Assembly (NCBI GenBank): GCA_030167865.1
Contig: JALAGF010005707.1
Location: forward strand, 1 to 52,712
DNA from: Craspedostauros australis
Taxonomy: Eukaryota
Direction: 5' to 3'
DNA length: 52,712 nt
The stretch's first letter is position 1. Every line of letters begins with the position of its first letter. A program made the translations under genes and the position numbers. The notes below the pieces were generated by a model. That model had not been told where the DNA came from, ran no database searches, and saw nothing but the letters and a program-made list of their open reading frames with translations. Below are positions 1-12,607 of this stretch, piece after piece.

Positions 1-3000
1 ATAACTTGCCTCCATTGCAGCTCTGACTCGCCGCAACAATTGTGTCCTCACATTTTGTTCCACCAACTCCGGAGATTCCGTATTCTCCTTCATTGTTTGT
101 GTCTCGCACGCAATTTGCTCCGATGCTTCGTTTTCTTCTTGTTGCAGCGCGATTTCCTCCTCATCTGCTGTTGTGTGTTGTGCAGGCACGATCTCTGTGT
201 GGGTGCTGTTCGCGTTCGTCGGTGGTGGGGTGTTCGTTGTGTTCGTTGCGTTTTTGTTGATCGTGGTTTCCAGGGTACTCATGTTCGTGGGCTTCGGTTT
301 CGTGCGCTGGTACGACGCGGACATGTATTGCTTCACTTGCATTGGGTTCACGTGTACCTGCGCATACCAGTCAGTCTTCATTTTGGTCGTCTCCATGCAC
401 CGCCTGAATGCCTCGTACTTGGTTGGTCTGTTCTTCGGGTCCGCGCGTGCCACTCTGCACACCTTCTCCAACACTTCCACCAGGTATGGGCGAATGGGCT
501 TGTTACGTTGTACGGCTTTCGCAGCTCAGCCAGGTTCAGCCAATCGCAGATGTTCTGTTGCTGCTGTGGTGTCCTGCAGCACACTACTTACGTCAGGTGT
601 CTCCAAGGCTGCCATGTTGATCCCTTCGAGGTACGTCAGCGCCTTGCTTTCGGTGGCACTCTTCGCGAACCTGAGGGTCTTTTTCTGCTTCCGTGGTGAT
701 GTTGTTGCAAGTGGCTCTTGTGTGGACTGGTGTTCTATCATGATAGGAACCTCGGAATTCATGACGTCATAGTCTTCCCATTAAACTTCCTCCACATGCA
801 CTGGATCAGTAACATTTGAAGCTGCAAGTATGTCTGCGTAGCCGTTTCTGTGTTGCGCCTCGTGCGTTGATCGTACATTCATGCCCTTCGCGCGGAACCT
901 GATGCGTGCATTTGTCTTGTGCGTCACACAGCGACCTTTCAAACCCAATGCGCCAACCAAGACGGTGGTAGTACCTCTGATATTTCCCATTCGCATCGCA
1001 ACAAAAATTTCGTGTTCGGTTTGAATCTTGCCGCCACTTTGCACATAGGATCGTAGTACGATAGTGATGTAGGCGAAGTGAGTGTCAATTCGCCCTTTGC
1101 CGGTTTGGGCTTCTGTGCAGATCCAAATGACAAATTGGGGAAGTCTGTTGCATGACGCATTCTTGTTGATCCATGATGAGACGAGCGCGATGTGCTCGTG
1201 GCTGGCAAAGCAGCCAGCGTTGTCTGACTGCAGGATGATTTCTGTCACCGATGGTAGGAGATCGCGAACCTCCTTCTGGATGGCTTTGAGAAGCCCACCA
1301 ACTTTAAGTGTGTCTTGGGTTGGCAGGTCATGAACAATTATATCAACAAAGTGATAGGTGAATTTGTCATCTTTGCAAGTGACAATCAAAACGCCAAGGA
1401 GCGACATGCCCTTCTTGCCCCAGTACTCTGTCTGTGATTCTCCTTGCGCTGTCAGCAGAATCTTCTGCTTATGGTTGATGATGACATAGGCGCACTTGTC
1501 ATTGTTGTTGAGCTTGGCCTTGTTCTTGTTCATCTGATCAAATTGGACCTTTGCTCTCACTTGGTGTGCCATGTACACAGTGATCTCATTGTTGAAGCCC
1601 AGTACCGCCTCCAGCATACTGCCTAATTCATCCTCATGGTCGCCAAGATGATTGNCCTTGAGCGTCTCGATGAATGGTGCGACGCGAACATCCATGAATC
1701 GCATCGCGTCTCCACATCTGTCGCATACTTTGCCTTGTTGATCATGAGTGATGGGAGAAATGGCATTGGCATCACACTCTGTTGTTGTTGTGGGAGGATG
1801 AATGACCNNNNNNNNNNNNNNNNNNNNNNNNNNNNNNNNNNNNNNNNNNNNNNNNNNATGTACACAGTGATCTCATTGTTGAAGCCCAGTACCGCCTCCA
1901 GCATACTGCCTAATTCATCCTCATGGTCGCCAAGATGATTGACCTTGAGCGTCTCGATGAATGGTGCGACGCGAACATCCATGAATCGCATCGCGTCTCC
2001 ACATCTGTCGCATACTTTGCCTTGTTGATCATGAGTGATGGGAGAAATGGCATTGGCATCACACTCTGTTGTTGTTGTGGGAGGATGAATGACCACGCAT
2101 GTCATATCGGTGCTGGCAGGTGCTGTTGTGGTGGTGGTGTTGAGTGTAGATTTAGCCTGTCACGTTTTTGGATCGCGGCGAAGCGCGAAATGAGCGCAGT
2201 GCATGCAGTCTTCTTTGCACTTGATCTGCATGTGCGACGCAGTATACTCCCACTTGAGGCATGTGATCATTAGGTCCAGATCGCGCAACAATGTCTCACA
2301 GGTTTGAATATACTCCACGGGTAGGTCGTCGTGTCCGTCATCACCGTTGAATGAATCCTTGAGTAGAGCATTCAAGCGCACGAGCATCTCCTTCAACGTC
2401 TTCGTTGCCATCCAGAAGTAGTTTTCGAAAGAGGGGAGACCAGTAACCACTTTGTCTCTGCGTGTGAGCAGGCCTGTCATTGCTCAGAATGCTGGCTTGC
2501 TGACTGGATTGTTCGTCGTAATCTTGTACATGTGGAACAGCTCGTCTACACTCGTTCTGCCACATTCGAATACTGGCACGTTTTCAAATATCACCCCTCC
2601 CAATTTGATATTGTGACAAAGGCCCACCTTGTATGTGGTTGTGTTGCTGATGAAGGACACCATGCCAGCCAAGCTGTATGTGCTGACACGATAGTCGTGA
2701 ACAGCAGCACCAAGCACATTGCCCTCGCGCAAGAGCTTGTAGTAGTTGCGCAGAGTGAGGAGCTGGCCCTGTGTGATGGTGTATTGCTCTGGCAAGAGGC
2801 GAAGACGCTGATCGTCAGGAAGTTCGCTCTTGTGTCGCGAGAGGAGGTTAGTACATTGGCGTGGCAAGACAGACATGGCAAGAATGCACCTTGCTTTGCG
2901 TGCAATGTTTTTCTTGCCGACGAGGCAAATCGCGTAGAGGTTGGGAGCCAGCTTGATAGGCGGCAAGTCTACCCCCGCGCATGAACACCACCACCTGTTC

Positions 3001-3833
3001 CATCTGAGGAACTGGCAAGTTCATTGCCAGAATCAGCGCTTTCCACAGCGCATTGGAGGCCACCGCGAAGATCTTCTTCGCTTTGCTCCACACTTGCTTG
3101 TTGGATTTGCGCCCCAATACAAATCCGCAACGAGGAAATTTGGTCAGCACAGTCGCAAGGTTCTTCGCTCCAAGCTCTTGCAAACCTTGTGGATGGTTTC
3201 AAACGCATCTCTCTTGTTCGTGCTGTGCTTGTTTTGGAATCTTCCCGCATTTGATTTCCTGCTCTTGATTTTGTTGCGTCCCTTGGGGCGGAAGGCTTCG
3301 TTGTCGCCAGCCTTGCAGCATTGGATGCGCTTGCCTTTCTTTGCTGGTTGGATAGTCGGTGCGGGAAGGGGTGCGGGGAAAGCTGGAGGAGTCGGGACGC
3401 AGACTTTGACATGCACTTTTGTCCCAGCATTGGAGCCCTGTCCAAAGGCCTGGACTGTGACCTTGGAGGTGTCAAGAATCATGCCATTATTGGTGGTGAT
3501 GTGCACACAGACGAAGAGCTTCTTGTTGGTTGCATTGAGTGTGCGATTTTGCTCGTGGTTGCCTGGGGTCTCAAGGTCACACTCGTTGTTGAAGGTCGCG
3601 CCTTCGAGCACAGGAGGGAGGAGCTTGTCTGTTGCAGAAGTTGGATTGTGCTGCTTACCATCCATATCCAATGGAGGCAAGAGCTTCTCAGCAGTAGATG
3701 GTGCGAAGAGTTCCTTACAATCAATCGGATCGGATGGGAAGGGACGCACGGATGGAGAGGAGGGAAAACGCTGCTTCTTGGAGGGAGAAAGATTGGCGTC
3801 CTTCGACGCAGCGTTCGTGGTAGAGACGGGCAT
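1..3833 (-). mobile_element. Degenerate DDD-type DNA transposase pseudogene, Sola3-like; 3' end runs off the left edge of the window
   Basis: Minus-strand ORF fragments join into one long protein. Probable ATG at 3833 (MPVSTTN), frameshifts near 3183 and 2975, in-frame stops at 2484-2486 (TGA), 2160-2162 (TGA), 781-783 (TAA) and 526-528 (TGA), then open to base 1. Catalytic-type motifs: II[N]HKQKILL...ESQTEYWGKKGMS, ILQSDNAGCF and EAQTGKGRIDTHF. These match the DWxMK..RESQ..WFGKRG / SDNAGCY / QxGKxxCD pattern I associate with Sola3-type transposases. TIRs and TSD were not identified. Confidence 0.7.
1571..2094. other. Assembly artefact: 237-bp sequence duplicated either side of a 50-N gap
   Basis: 1571-1807 and 1858-2094 are identical apart from one N and flank Ns at 1808-1857. 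Collapsing the duplicate restores the transposase reading frame. Confidence 0.9.
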
Positions 3834-3876
3834 GATGCTGATTGGTACTGATGGGTGGATAGAGAAAACTAGTAAT

Positions 3877-3968
3877 GATGGAAATGAACTGAGCAGGNNN
3901 NNNNNNNNNNNNNNNNNNNNNNNNNNNNNNNNNNNNNNNNNNNNNNNGATGGAAATGAACTGAGCAGG
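3877..3968. other. Assembly gap (50 N) with a 21-bp overlap duplicate
   Basis: gatggaaatgaactgagcagg occurs at 3877-3897 and 3948-3968, flanking Ns at 3898-3947. Confidence 0.9.
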
Positions 3969-5891
3969 AGGAGTGCAAGAAGGTGACAATACAAGAACTA
4001 CATGAACATGCCACAAGCACAGCACACCACCACGAAAAGCAAAACTCGATTTGGCGGCAAAATGTGAGGAGATTTGTGACATGTGACGAGAATCAAAATT
4101 TGAATTTGAATGGTAACGTCAACTAATGGTTTATTATTTCAAAAACGTGCTCGGACAAGTTGAACAATGGCGTCGCTGAAATGTCAAATTCCGTACGCAA
4201 CCCGTCAAAAAAAGTTCTTTCCCGAACGTGTCTGCGCACATTGCGTTGTTTGCATCGGAAAAGCTAATCAATGCCCTGCAATCATCACGGAGCAGTGTTC
4301 ATATTCGACCAAGAGGACCGTAAATCTACAAAGATGGATAAAAATTAAAATAAGACATTAAAGCAAAATCTGCGTCCACTATGATTCTTATATTTTGTTC
4401 TAGTTTATGAATATGTGGGTGGCTTGGCTGAAAGCCCCGTAAGTTGCCACCCCTCCAGGACCGACTGCAGGTCCCGTCACACAACCGGGTCGTAAAGAGT
4501 ATTACGCTGTAAAGTACCAAGAACGGACATGCACACATACCATCCAGTGGATACCAGGGATACTTGGGAATTGGTATGACGGCTGCTACATTGCGACAAC
4601 TTCGGCAGACTATCGTTCCGCCTTGTTCATGCAGATTGGTGGAGATCAGCACGACACAGCATAGCACGACTCTGCTCGCTGCGCATGGTTCTCTGTGGAT
4701 AGAAACCTCAGGCCTCGCCTTCATTCCCAATCGCCTCCGGACATGGTTGACGCCAAGCAGCACACGCTGAATGCCAATTTAGCATCACAGATAGACGTGA
4801 GCAGTATGACGTGTTGCGCACACACTGCGTCGCGTATGACATGTTCCTCGAAAGTGCTTCTACACGTGTGTTCTATCCACTGGTTCATCATGAACGCATG
4901 CTGACGCGTGCTGACAATCCAAGCTCCGCTAGTCATTCCGTCTCGTCTCACTCTAGAACACTACAGATGTGTGTTGTGTACATACCCCACCTTCGTCTGC
5001 ACGCATTCTGCTCCAATCTGCCGGATGAGGTCAGCTCGCCGAAGCCCGATCTTGTGGTGGCTGCCGTCGGTGACGAACATGGTGCACAATGATGGGGATG
5101 CGTGTGTTGTTGCTGGTACGCAGCATTCGTGGCTGTTCTGTGATGTCACTCGGTGGTTGTCGTTTGGAAATTGCGCCTCCATCCGTCCTTGCGGTGATGT
5201 GTTTGGAGGCTTCTCTGAATCGTGTGTATTTTTTTGTTGAAGATGGTTCGTGTCACGTTTGAACATGCCTATTGACCCATTCGACCGCATAGATGATGTT
5301 CGATTGTCTTCTTTTTGGCGGAACACGTTCCATACGCAGGCGGTTCGTGAACGAAGAAGAGTTCGCACGAACAGCAAGGCTGGTGTCAGGGAGGGTTCGC
5401 AAACATTCAGCCTTTGCCATCACATGAACACGTGTGCCAACAAGGCCACACATCGTCACATCGTCACATCGTCACACCGCAACACCATCCCACCAACACC
5501 AACAACACGAACAGAACCGAGAGAGAAGAAGCATCCAAACAGAACACGACAACACGAATCATCATCGATTGGCTGCAGGGACAGACAGCGAGGAACATCC
5601 ACTCTTGGCAGGGGTATCCAGCCTTCTTGTATCTGAAGAAACGTTCCTCTTGGTTCTTCTTTGACATTGGACACAACTCCATCTCTGGAGGTGGCACACG
5701 AATCGAAAATCAACCTGACGACATCCACAACACTCGTAGTCGTACGACTATGAGTACCAACGACAATCTCACATCGCCATCTCCTCTCCCACAAAACAAA
5801 TAGAAAGCCACAACAAGGCCGATAGCAACAACAGCAGCAGCAGCAGCAATACCCAAAGCAACAGATCAACTGAGACAGAATAGCAGCAACC

Positions 5892-6779
5892 ATGCCTCCA
5901 CTCGTTGACCTGCACAGTTTTGAAGACGGAAACTCGGGACAATCGGGGTTGCCATCACCAACAACATCACGACTGCCATCACCACTGTCATCAAAGAGCG
6001 CTCCGCAGCATCTGGGGAATGTGCCACTGGCAGAAGTCTCATGCGAGAACAGCCTCACGGAAACAGCAGCTCCGCAGCCGTCGATGCTCGCGGCGCAGGC
6101 CAAATCTGCAGATGCGTCTGACTCAATGTCTCCGTTTGCGTCGATGCGATCCACAAATAATCCATCGGCAGGCAGCGTCAGCGCCGCGGCGTTTCCCAAG
6201 TCGATTCTGTGCAATGCCAGGGACAGCCCCAACAATAACAGCAGCAACAACAACAATAACAACGAAAGTAGCAACACGAAGGGATCCAAACGCCGTCGCC
6301 GCCATGCCTCGGTATCATTCTCACAGCAGGTGTTGGTGCGGCCAATTCATGTCAGGAAAACCATCGAGCACGAGGATTGCGCCTCGACGTGGTATTCGAC
6401 GTCCGAATTGCGGCAGGTGCGTGTTAAGGCAGCCCGTCTCGTGATCCAAGCCACCAAGGTTCGCGGCCCACAATTCGTCAAGACCATCTCATCGTCAGGC
6501 AAGCACCCCAGCATCCTCGCCGTGGTTGACGAACCAACCAACAGCCGCGAATCGTTGCACGGATTGGAGAACATGTTCCGACCCAATTCGCAGCAGCGCA
6601 AGGTGACGCGCCACAATCTGACGGAAACCATTCTCATGCAGCAGCAGCTTGAGCTCCTCTCGGGCCCGGATGCGGAATGGATGGCGGTGCTGTGCTCCAA
6701 CATGACAGCGCCGTCCAGACAGAAGGCTCACAACATGGCCATGGATCTGCAGAGCCACGTCCGAAGCCTGTGGAGGTAG
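5892..6779 (+). CDS. Uncharacterised protein, 295 aa; member 1 of the VxF/W/GLE family (candidate PP1 interactor)
   Basis: ATG follows a CA-rich leader (cagcaaccATG). Ser/Asn-rich N-terminus, then KRRRRHASVSFSQQVLV...TWYSTSELRQVR...HGLE...ILMQQQ...DAEWMA...A..MA.D, which aligns with three other ORFs in the window. Confidence 0.85.
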   Translation: MPPLVDLHSFEDGNSGQSGLPSPTTSRLPSPLSSKSAPQHLGNVPLAEVSCENSLTETAAPQPSMLAAQAKSADASDSMSPFASMRSTNNPSAGSVSAAAFPKSILCNARDSPNNNSSNNNNNNESSNTKGSKRRRRHASVSFSQQVLVRPIHVRKTIEHEDCASTWYSTSELRQVRVKAARLVIQATKVRGPQFVKTISSSGKHPSILAVVDEPTNSRESLHGLENMFRPNSQQRKVTRHNLTETILMQQQLELLSGPDAEWMAVLCSNMTAPSRQKAHNMAMDLQSHVRSLWR

Positions 6780-7634
6780 GACTGGCCGTCTTGATGGCCG
6801 ACCAAGCAATCGATGGTTTCATTGGCCAAGCGTTTCATTGGCCAAACGTTTCGTCAGCTGATGCGTTCGCTGGAGCAACAGCAAATGACATTGCAAGCAC
6901 TGTGATGGGATGCTCCCGAGATACGCATGGTACCACACAACAAATGCAACACATAGATTGTGCAAAGAGTAGAGGTGCAGCACGACATATAGATGGAAGA
7001 AAGGAAGCACGAGCAAGTGATTTACTCGGAGCGTCGAAACGCCAAAGCGTGGAAGCTTCGAAGAACGATGAGTATGAACAGACACATAATGTAATATATA
7101 ATCGTCCCACACAGAAGTTCTCTGGTAGAATAGAATTCATGAAGAATACGCAAAATATGACACCCCAGACAATCGATAGCAGGTATTACATGATGTGGAC
7201 GATGAAATCTTGCACTGTGTTGCTCCCGACGATAATCCAGCCATACCTTTGGCTGCGGATGCTAAGTGTCAATACCTCCCTCGATTGGTGTGTTGGTCGG
7301 GTGCCGAGTTGGCAGCTCAGCTGGCTGTCACACTGGCCCCCATGAATCGTTCATCTACGTATAATACCTTAGATCGACAGTTGCGGAGTTTGATGGCCGC
7401 GTGTGTGGCTGAGTGGTGGCACACTCACAGAGTGCACCCGTGCAGAGTAGCAGAATGACTGCGAAGCAACATGGCGCGTAGACACACGCAAAGTCCGGAA
7501 GATCTTGCGTCCCAGCACCGTCCATGCACACGCCATGGTTTCCGAGTGGAATGTCGCGCGAGCATCTGGATGCCACAATGTGCGACACAATGTGGGTGTA
7601 AAACTTGGCCGCATCATGGATTCGTCAATCCCTT

Positions 7635-7688
7635 GACCCATCGACCCATCGACCCATCGACCCATCGACCCATCGACCCATCGACCCA
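7635..7688 (+). repeat. Tandem repeat (GACCCATC) x ~6.7
   Basis: Read directly from the sequence. Confidence 0.95.
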
Positions 7689-8874
7689 CCAACACGTCCA
7701 CCCAAACAAAATGACCGACTGACCAACCGAACGATAGAACTGCTCCGCTCATCCATTCATCTGATCTGGGATACCGTAAATGGCTCGCACGATGTTCTGA
7801 TGTGATGTCGCTACCACCAGTGATCAGCATCCGTTCCACACGTCTGCAAGAAGAGAGAGGCAGCGACAAGAGTGACGGTGCCATCGACCTGGGCCAAGAG
7901 AGATGGAGATGGAGAGAGAGAGAGGATCGCTGGTTGTGAGAGAGTGTGATGGCTGAATCCGGGAATACAATGCAAGAAATCTTGGATAATGGAAGAAGAC
8001 TGTCCCATAAGCACACGCACGAATACATACATGGATGGCACATGAGCTACCCTCCAAGCGCGAGGCATAGATCGTATCCAAGGGGAGTGGGAGGATTCGT
8101 TCCGCTTTTGATCCCAAAGGGCGAGATCGCGCGATGTGCGACCTGCCGCTCATCCACGTGCATTCCACCCATGTTCATCACCATGCTGCTGTGTCATGGT
8201 TGTGATGGGAGGAGCCATCATATCCACCGCTTATCATAGCTCATCCAGTCCGGGAAAGAACACATTCATTCAGCTCGACTCTGTTCTCCTCCGTTCCGAC
8301 TCGTACCCCTCTTCACTTGGAGACTTGCGGCGCTGTCATCCGCCAAGAAAGGAGGGCATGGTTGATAGATGAAAGAACGCAAGTGACAGAGGCCAGAAAA
8401 GTGGGGCGATTGCCGGCAACGCAATCTTGCGCTTGAACTAGATCCAGTGACTTCTCCTGCTGCGCGCTCCTCATTCTCATCTGCGAGAGCCTTCAGCCCG
8501 AACCTTCACAACACAAAAAGACAAGCCCTCATCGATTTCACATTGCGGTCGGTCCACGAATAGCCCACAGCCCACACTCGTTCCTCGCCTCCCAGAGATA
8601 CGAAACTCTCTTTCTGCTCTCTGCCAGGGGGAAGTGGAGAGTTCCGTTTCTCTCTCCATCAGGCGCCGTTTGCTCCCTCCCTCGTGCTTCTCTTCGCCTC
8701 TTCACTTCTTCGCTCCTCTTGCGACACCTCCGATTCACTTCACATCAACTTCGCTCCGGTTCTGGCCCTTGTTGCAGAGACAGATTCCTTCTCGAGTGCT
8801 CATGCCGTATGAGTACCCAAGAGCCCAATCCAAGGTGCTGTCCCGCGCTCTCGATCTTGGTGGATTGCAGCGGA

Positions 8875-8892
8875 AGAGAGAGAGAGAGAGAG
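8875..8892 (+). repeat. (AG)n microsatellite
   Basis: Read directly from the sequence. Confidence 0.9.
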
Positions 8893-11124
8893 AAATAATC
8901 GGACAGAGCCTCGCATCCTCTCAGACAATCTGCCTTGCCGGCACGAACAGCGAAAGGACTACTACATACTGTATCTTGGGTGGGCATCACAGCGTACCTG
9001 CACACAGCACAGCAAGAAAAACAGTTTCGTCCCCGTATTCAGACGAGCGAGAGAGCCGGAGCTCTCTCTGCCATTGCGCGTGTGGCGCCATACTTGGCAC
9101 GTCTCCTCTCTCCCCCTCTCCCTTGGCAACAGGGACGCTCTCGTTGACAATCAGTTGGTGAAGAGTGCGGACACGCACACACCGCAAGGCGACGACCTCC
9201 GCTGTCTCCGGTCCGTAGTCGTGGATTTGCCTTCGACTCTTCCTCTTCAACAACAAATCAAGCGACATCACCATCGTTGTGCTCTTTGTTCCTCCTTCTC
9301 ACATTTCTTTGTTTGGTGGTGGCGATCTTTGGACGCCAAATGTGCACACTGGACGTTTCGCCAAACTGTGCGAACTGATGGTCACTTGAAACATGAAGCA
9401 GCCTTGAGAATTGACACATCGTTCCGCGAAATACAATCACAAGCACTTATTGTATGACGTGTCCATAAACTAATTATCGAGAAAGCAGCGTACGCAGTTC
9501 GCTGATATGGTCGCCTCTCGAGGTCACCACATTTGCCAATGCCTTGGGCGTGATGGACTTCTGTGATGTTGCGTTCTGATGTCTGTGGACATTTTACACC
9601 TATTCCCAATGTAATCATGTTCCTCGTACCAGCAAGCTGTGCGTTGGTCCTGCTGCACCAGTAGAGTGCGATCAATTGGTGGATACCATTGCTCTTGGGG
9701 AGATGGAAAAACAACTCCCACAAACGCTGCATACGATGCAACGCCTGTCCTCCTTGTCTCCAATTCCTTGCGAGGCAGGCAACAAGCAACTTCGTTCCAG
9801 ATTGTGTTGTGTTGTGTTGCCGCAACACAGTACTATCACCAAACCGTGCACTACGAGCTATCCCTTCTTCTTCTTCTTTGCTCCTGACCTCCCGTCGATA
9901 TCATGGTATTCCAACTATGCCGACCCAAGCGGACGAGTTGACCTTCATCTTCCATCCGGCGACGATTCCTGCTTCATTCAACGAACACATGATCGAAGAT
10001 CTGGTGGCTTTTGTCCTCTTTGGCTCATCGGATCGATCAGTGGGAATTGATTCCTGGAGTGTATGGTAATACATAGGAATGACTCGTGCCATTCAACACA
10101 AGATCAGCAATCGCTTGTTGCGCCAGTGTCATGATGATAGTCGGAGCTTGTTGGTCATGGGAAGAACTCCCCAAAGGCGCAGGTTATTCAGGGCACACCT
10201 GCTGCTACGGATGACCAAGACATCACCAAGGCATTCGATGGATTCCGTGGCGGCATGCTGTGAATGATTCGAGAGGATGCGTATTCGTAGCTCGTCTTGT
10301 ATCAGTGCGCCTGCATCATCTGTACCCACCGACAGACATTCCTCTCTACCAATAGTAGTATGGGCAGAGTGTGTACGACCTATACCTGCAGCTGGGATGC
10401 AAGTAGAATGCGGTACTTGACATGCTCCACACACGGGCAAAGAGGCATTCGACACAAGTTCTCCTGTTTTGCATACTGGCGAGGGTATGTGTTGTGTACA
10501 AGTCTTCGCTTGTGAGTACGAGAGTATCGATGATTGAGTCGGCCTGCATGGATCGCCATGAACGCCTGCGCCGGTCCAGGTTCCCCAATTCAGCGAGGAA
10601 CCTGCAAAAGATCCTTGATCAGAAGTGTACGATCTTGTGTTCTGTTTGTCATGGTTGGAGCCGGAAGCAGAACAGAACATGAAGCAGTTTAACATAATAG
10701 TTGGGAGTATTGGTATGTCGCATACCCGCACCCGATTCTCACCCCATCGGTCGTGCACCATAGGTCACACTCTTCAAGTTCGGCAACTTGCCCACTTCCG
10801 CAGAATAGATCGTATAATAGTTGTGAGATAGCCTCGCGATGTCATGTTGTTCCTGGGAGGTCTGCTTTGTCTTTCTTCCTTTCTATTCTATGGCATGCTT
10901 TGGATCTCGAGGTCATTGTTCCCACGACACGCGAACTACGCGCCTCGCTTGGAGGCAAGGACCAAAGCGGCTGGATGGTTTTGGAAACAGAACATGTCCG
11001 ACCTACTCTGCAAGCTGCGTGTATTTGCAGGGCATGCGCATGCGCTGTTACAGTAACATCGTGCCTACTCTTCCACCACGCCATACATTTTGTAGAATAC
11101 CAAACAAGTACCAACAGACCACGC

Positions 11125-11144
11125 AGAGAGAGAGAGAGAGAGAG
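11125..11144 (+). repeat. (AG)n microsatellite
   Basis: Read directly from the sequence. Confidence 0.9.
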
Positions 11145-12109
11145 GTGTTGAGAAGATCGTACAGCGCATCCGCATCGCAGCGCTTTGGTCTCATTGACAT
11201 CACGTTCGTTCGTGTCTTTCGTGCCTTGTGCCGCGCTCGGACGCGCGGCGCTTTGATGTGGATTTATTTTTTGGCGCCATCACCAATTCCCCACAGACAT
11301 CACATTCGCACACCTGGGACACAGCGAAATGTCGCGGACAGGTAGAAGAAAAAGGACGGCATGAAGCGCCAATTCGGATCCACATGGGAGCTACCGAGTT
11401 CTTCTCCACACCCAGGCCCAGGCCAGAATCCTTGCCCCTTCACACCGAAAGACGAATCTTTCGAGCGTTGTCCTCGTGTGTTGCAGTTCTTTGACGCTCA
11501 TCGAGGGTATCATCGCGCGGTTGACTTGTGCCGTCACCCGCGACAATCGCAGTTTGCGTGCTTGTTGTTGAAGAATCGAACGAAGCGTGTGCACGGCAAG
11601 GATCCCAAAAGTGAAGGAAGGGTGCCAAAGGCCAAACTAGCGAACACAGCTTGTCAAGGGGAGTCTTTCTACTCGCAGCAACGCCAGAGAAAGAACCTGC
11701 CACGTCTCTCTTCGGAAGGAGGAGTTCTTCCGCGTAGGAAGCCCAGAAGTGCAGAGAAGTGTGTCGCAGGCACCTCACCCACACGCCTTTCTCTTCTGTG
11801 CCAACTATCTCGTGCGGGCTCGTACCATTTCTGCGTATACCACTGATACGTCTCCAATTCACCAAGAGCAACATCAAGATTGTCGTCGCCCTCGTTTGCT
11901 CACAAACTGGAAACACAGGCCAATAATAACCAACAATCAAAACCAACAATACACAGAAGTAGAAGCAGAAGCAGAAGTACCACCACTCCCACCACTCCCA
12001 CCACTCTCCAAACCAAAACACCAAGCTTGAATTCACCACATCCATTCTGCGCCACTCCTCTGCTCCGCACTGCCAACCAACCGACCATCAATCCATCCCA
12101 TCAATCAAC

Positions 12110-12607
12110 ATGAAGATGCAACAAAGCTCGCCGCCTGCCTCTCCAAGGCGCGCCAACAACCACCAAGGCCAGCAGCCGCACCAGCAGCAGGCACAGCAAC
12201 AAGATTCTCAGCTGCGAACTGCCCTGGTTCCTCATCTCATGCTCAGACATAGCAATCATCACATCCAGGCCTCTCGATCGCTCCTAGAGTCAACCTCAGC
12301 ATCATCGCCACCGATACCACCGTCTCCATCCAGCGCCCAGCAGTCTTCATGCTTTCCACGTGTTCGTTTCGAGCACAACCAGCTCCTAGGACAGGCAAGC
12401 TACAGCAACGCAAGCATGGCAACATTCGCTCCGTTCGATGGATTCAGCAGGGTTGCCCAGGAGACTCCACCCTCCCTGCCACCGTTCAGTTCTGTGCATT
12501 CCACAGACCGAAGACTCGAATTGGTGACGATCATCGACGATGTGCTAGATATCCTCAAGGATGACGACTTTGACGCTGATGCCGATATGGCGGACGCTGT
12601 CATGTAA
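12110..12607 (+). CDS. Small uncharacterised Gln/Ser/Pro-rich protein, 165 aa, with a C-terminal acidic amphipathic helix
   Basis: ATG follows a CA-rich leader (ccatcaatcaacATG). Coding-like composition, an internal PRVRFEH motif and C-terminal RRLELVTIIDDVLDILKDDDF. Confidence 0.7.
   Translation: MKMQQSSPPASPRRANNHQGQQPHQQQAQQQDSQLRTALVPHLMLRHSNHHIQASRSLLESTSASSPPIPPSPSSAQQSSCFPRVRFEHNQLLGQASYSNASMATFAPFDGFSRVAQETPPSLPPFSSVHSTDRRLELVTIIDDVLDILKDDDFDADADMADAVM

Noticed and set aside
1571..2094. 237-bp direct repeat as an LTR or biological duplication
   Set aside because: The copies directly flank a 50-N scaffold gap, and collapsing them restores the reading frame.
526..2486. In-frame TGA codons as selenocysteine or an alternative genetic code
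   Set aside because: The same frame also has a TAA and two frameshifts, the protein is transposase-like, and intact genes in the window need no recoding. Pseudogene decay is simpler.
40..3963. Plus-strand ORFs 40-699, 173-772, 2532-2984 and 2941-3963
   Set aside because: Antisense shadows of the minus-strand transposase with no recognisable motifs.
4326..5803. Short ORFs between the transposon and the first gene
   Set aside because: Cys/Arg/His-rich translations in several frames with no motif or codon bias.
7635..7688. Tandem arrays here and at 20374, 29627, 29849 and 31263 as CRISPR or telomeric repeats
   Set aside because: No spacers, units of only 6-12 bp, no cas genes, and not TTAGGG-like.
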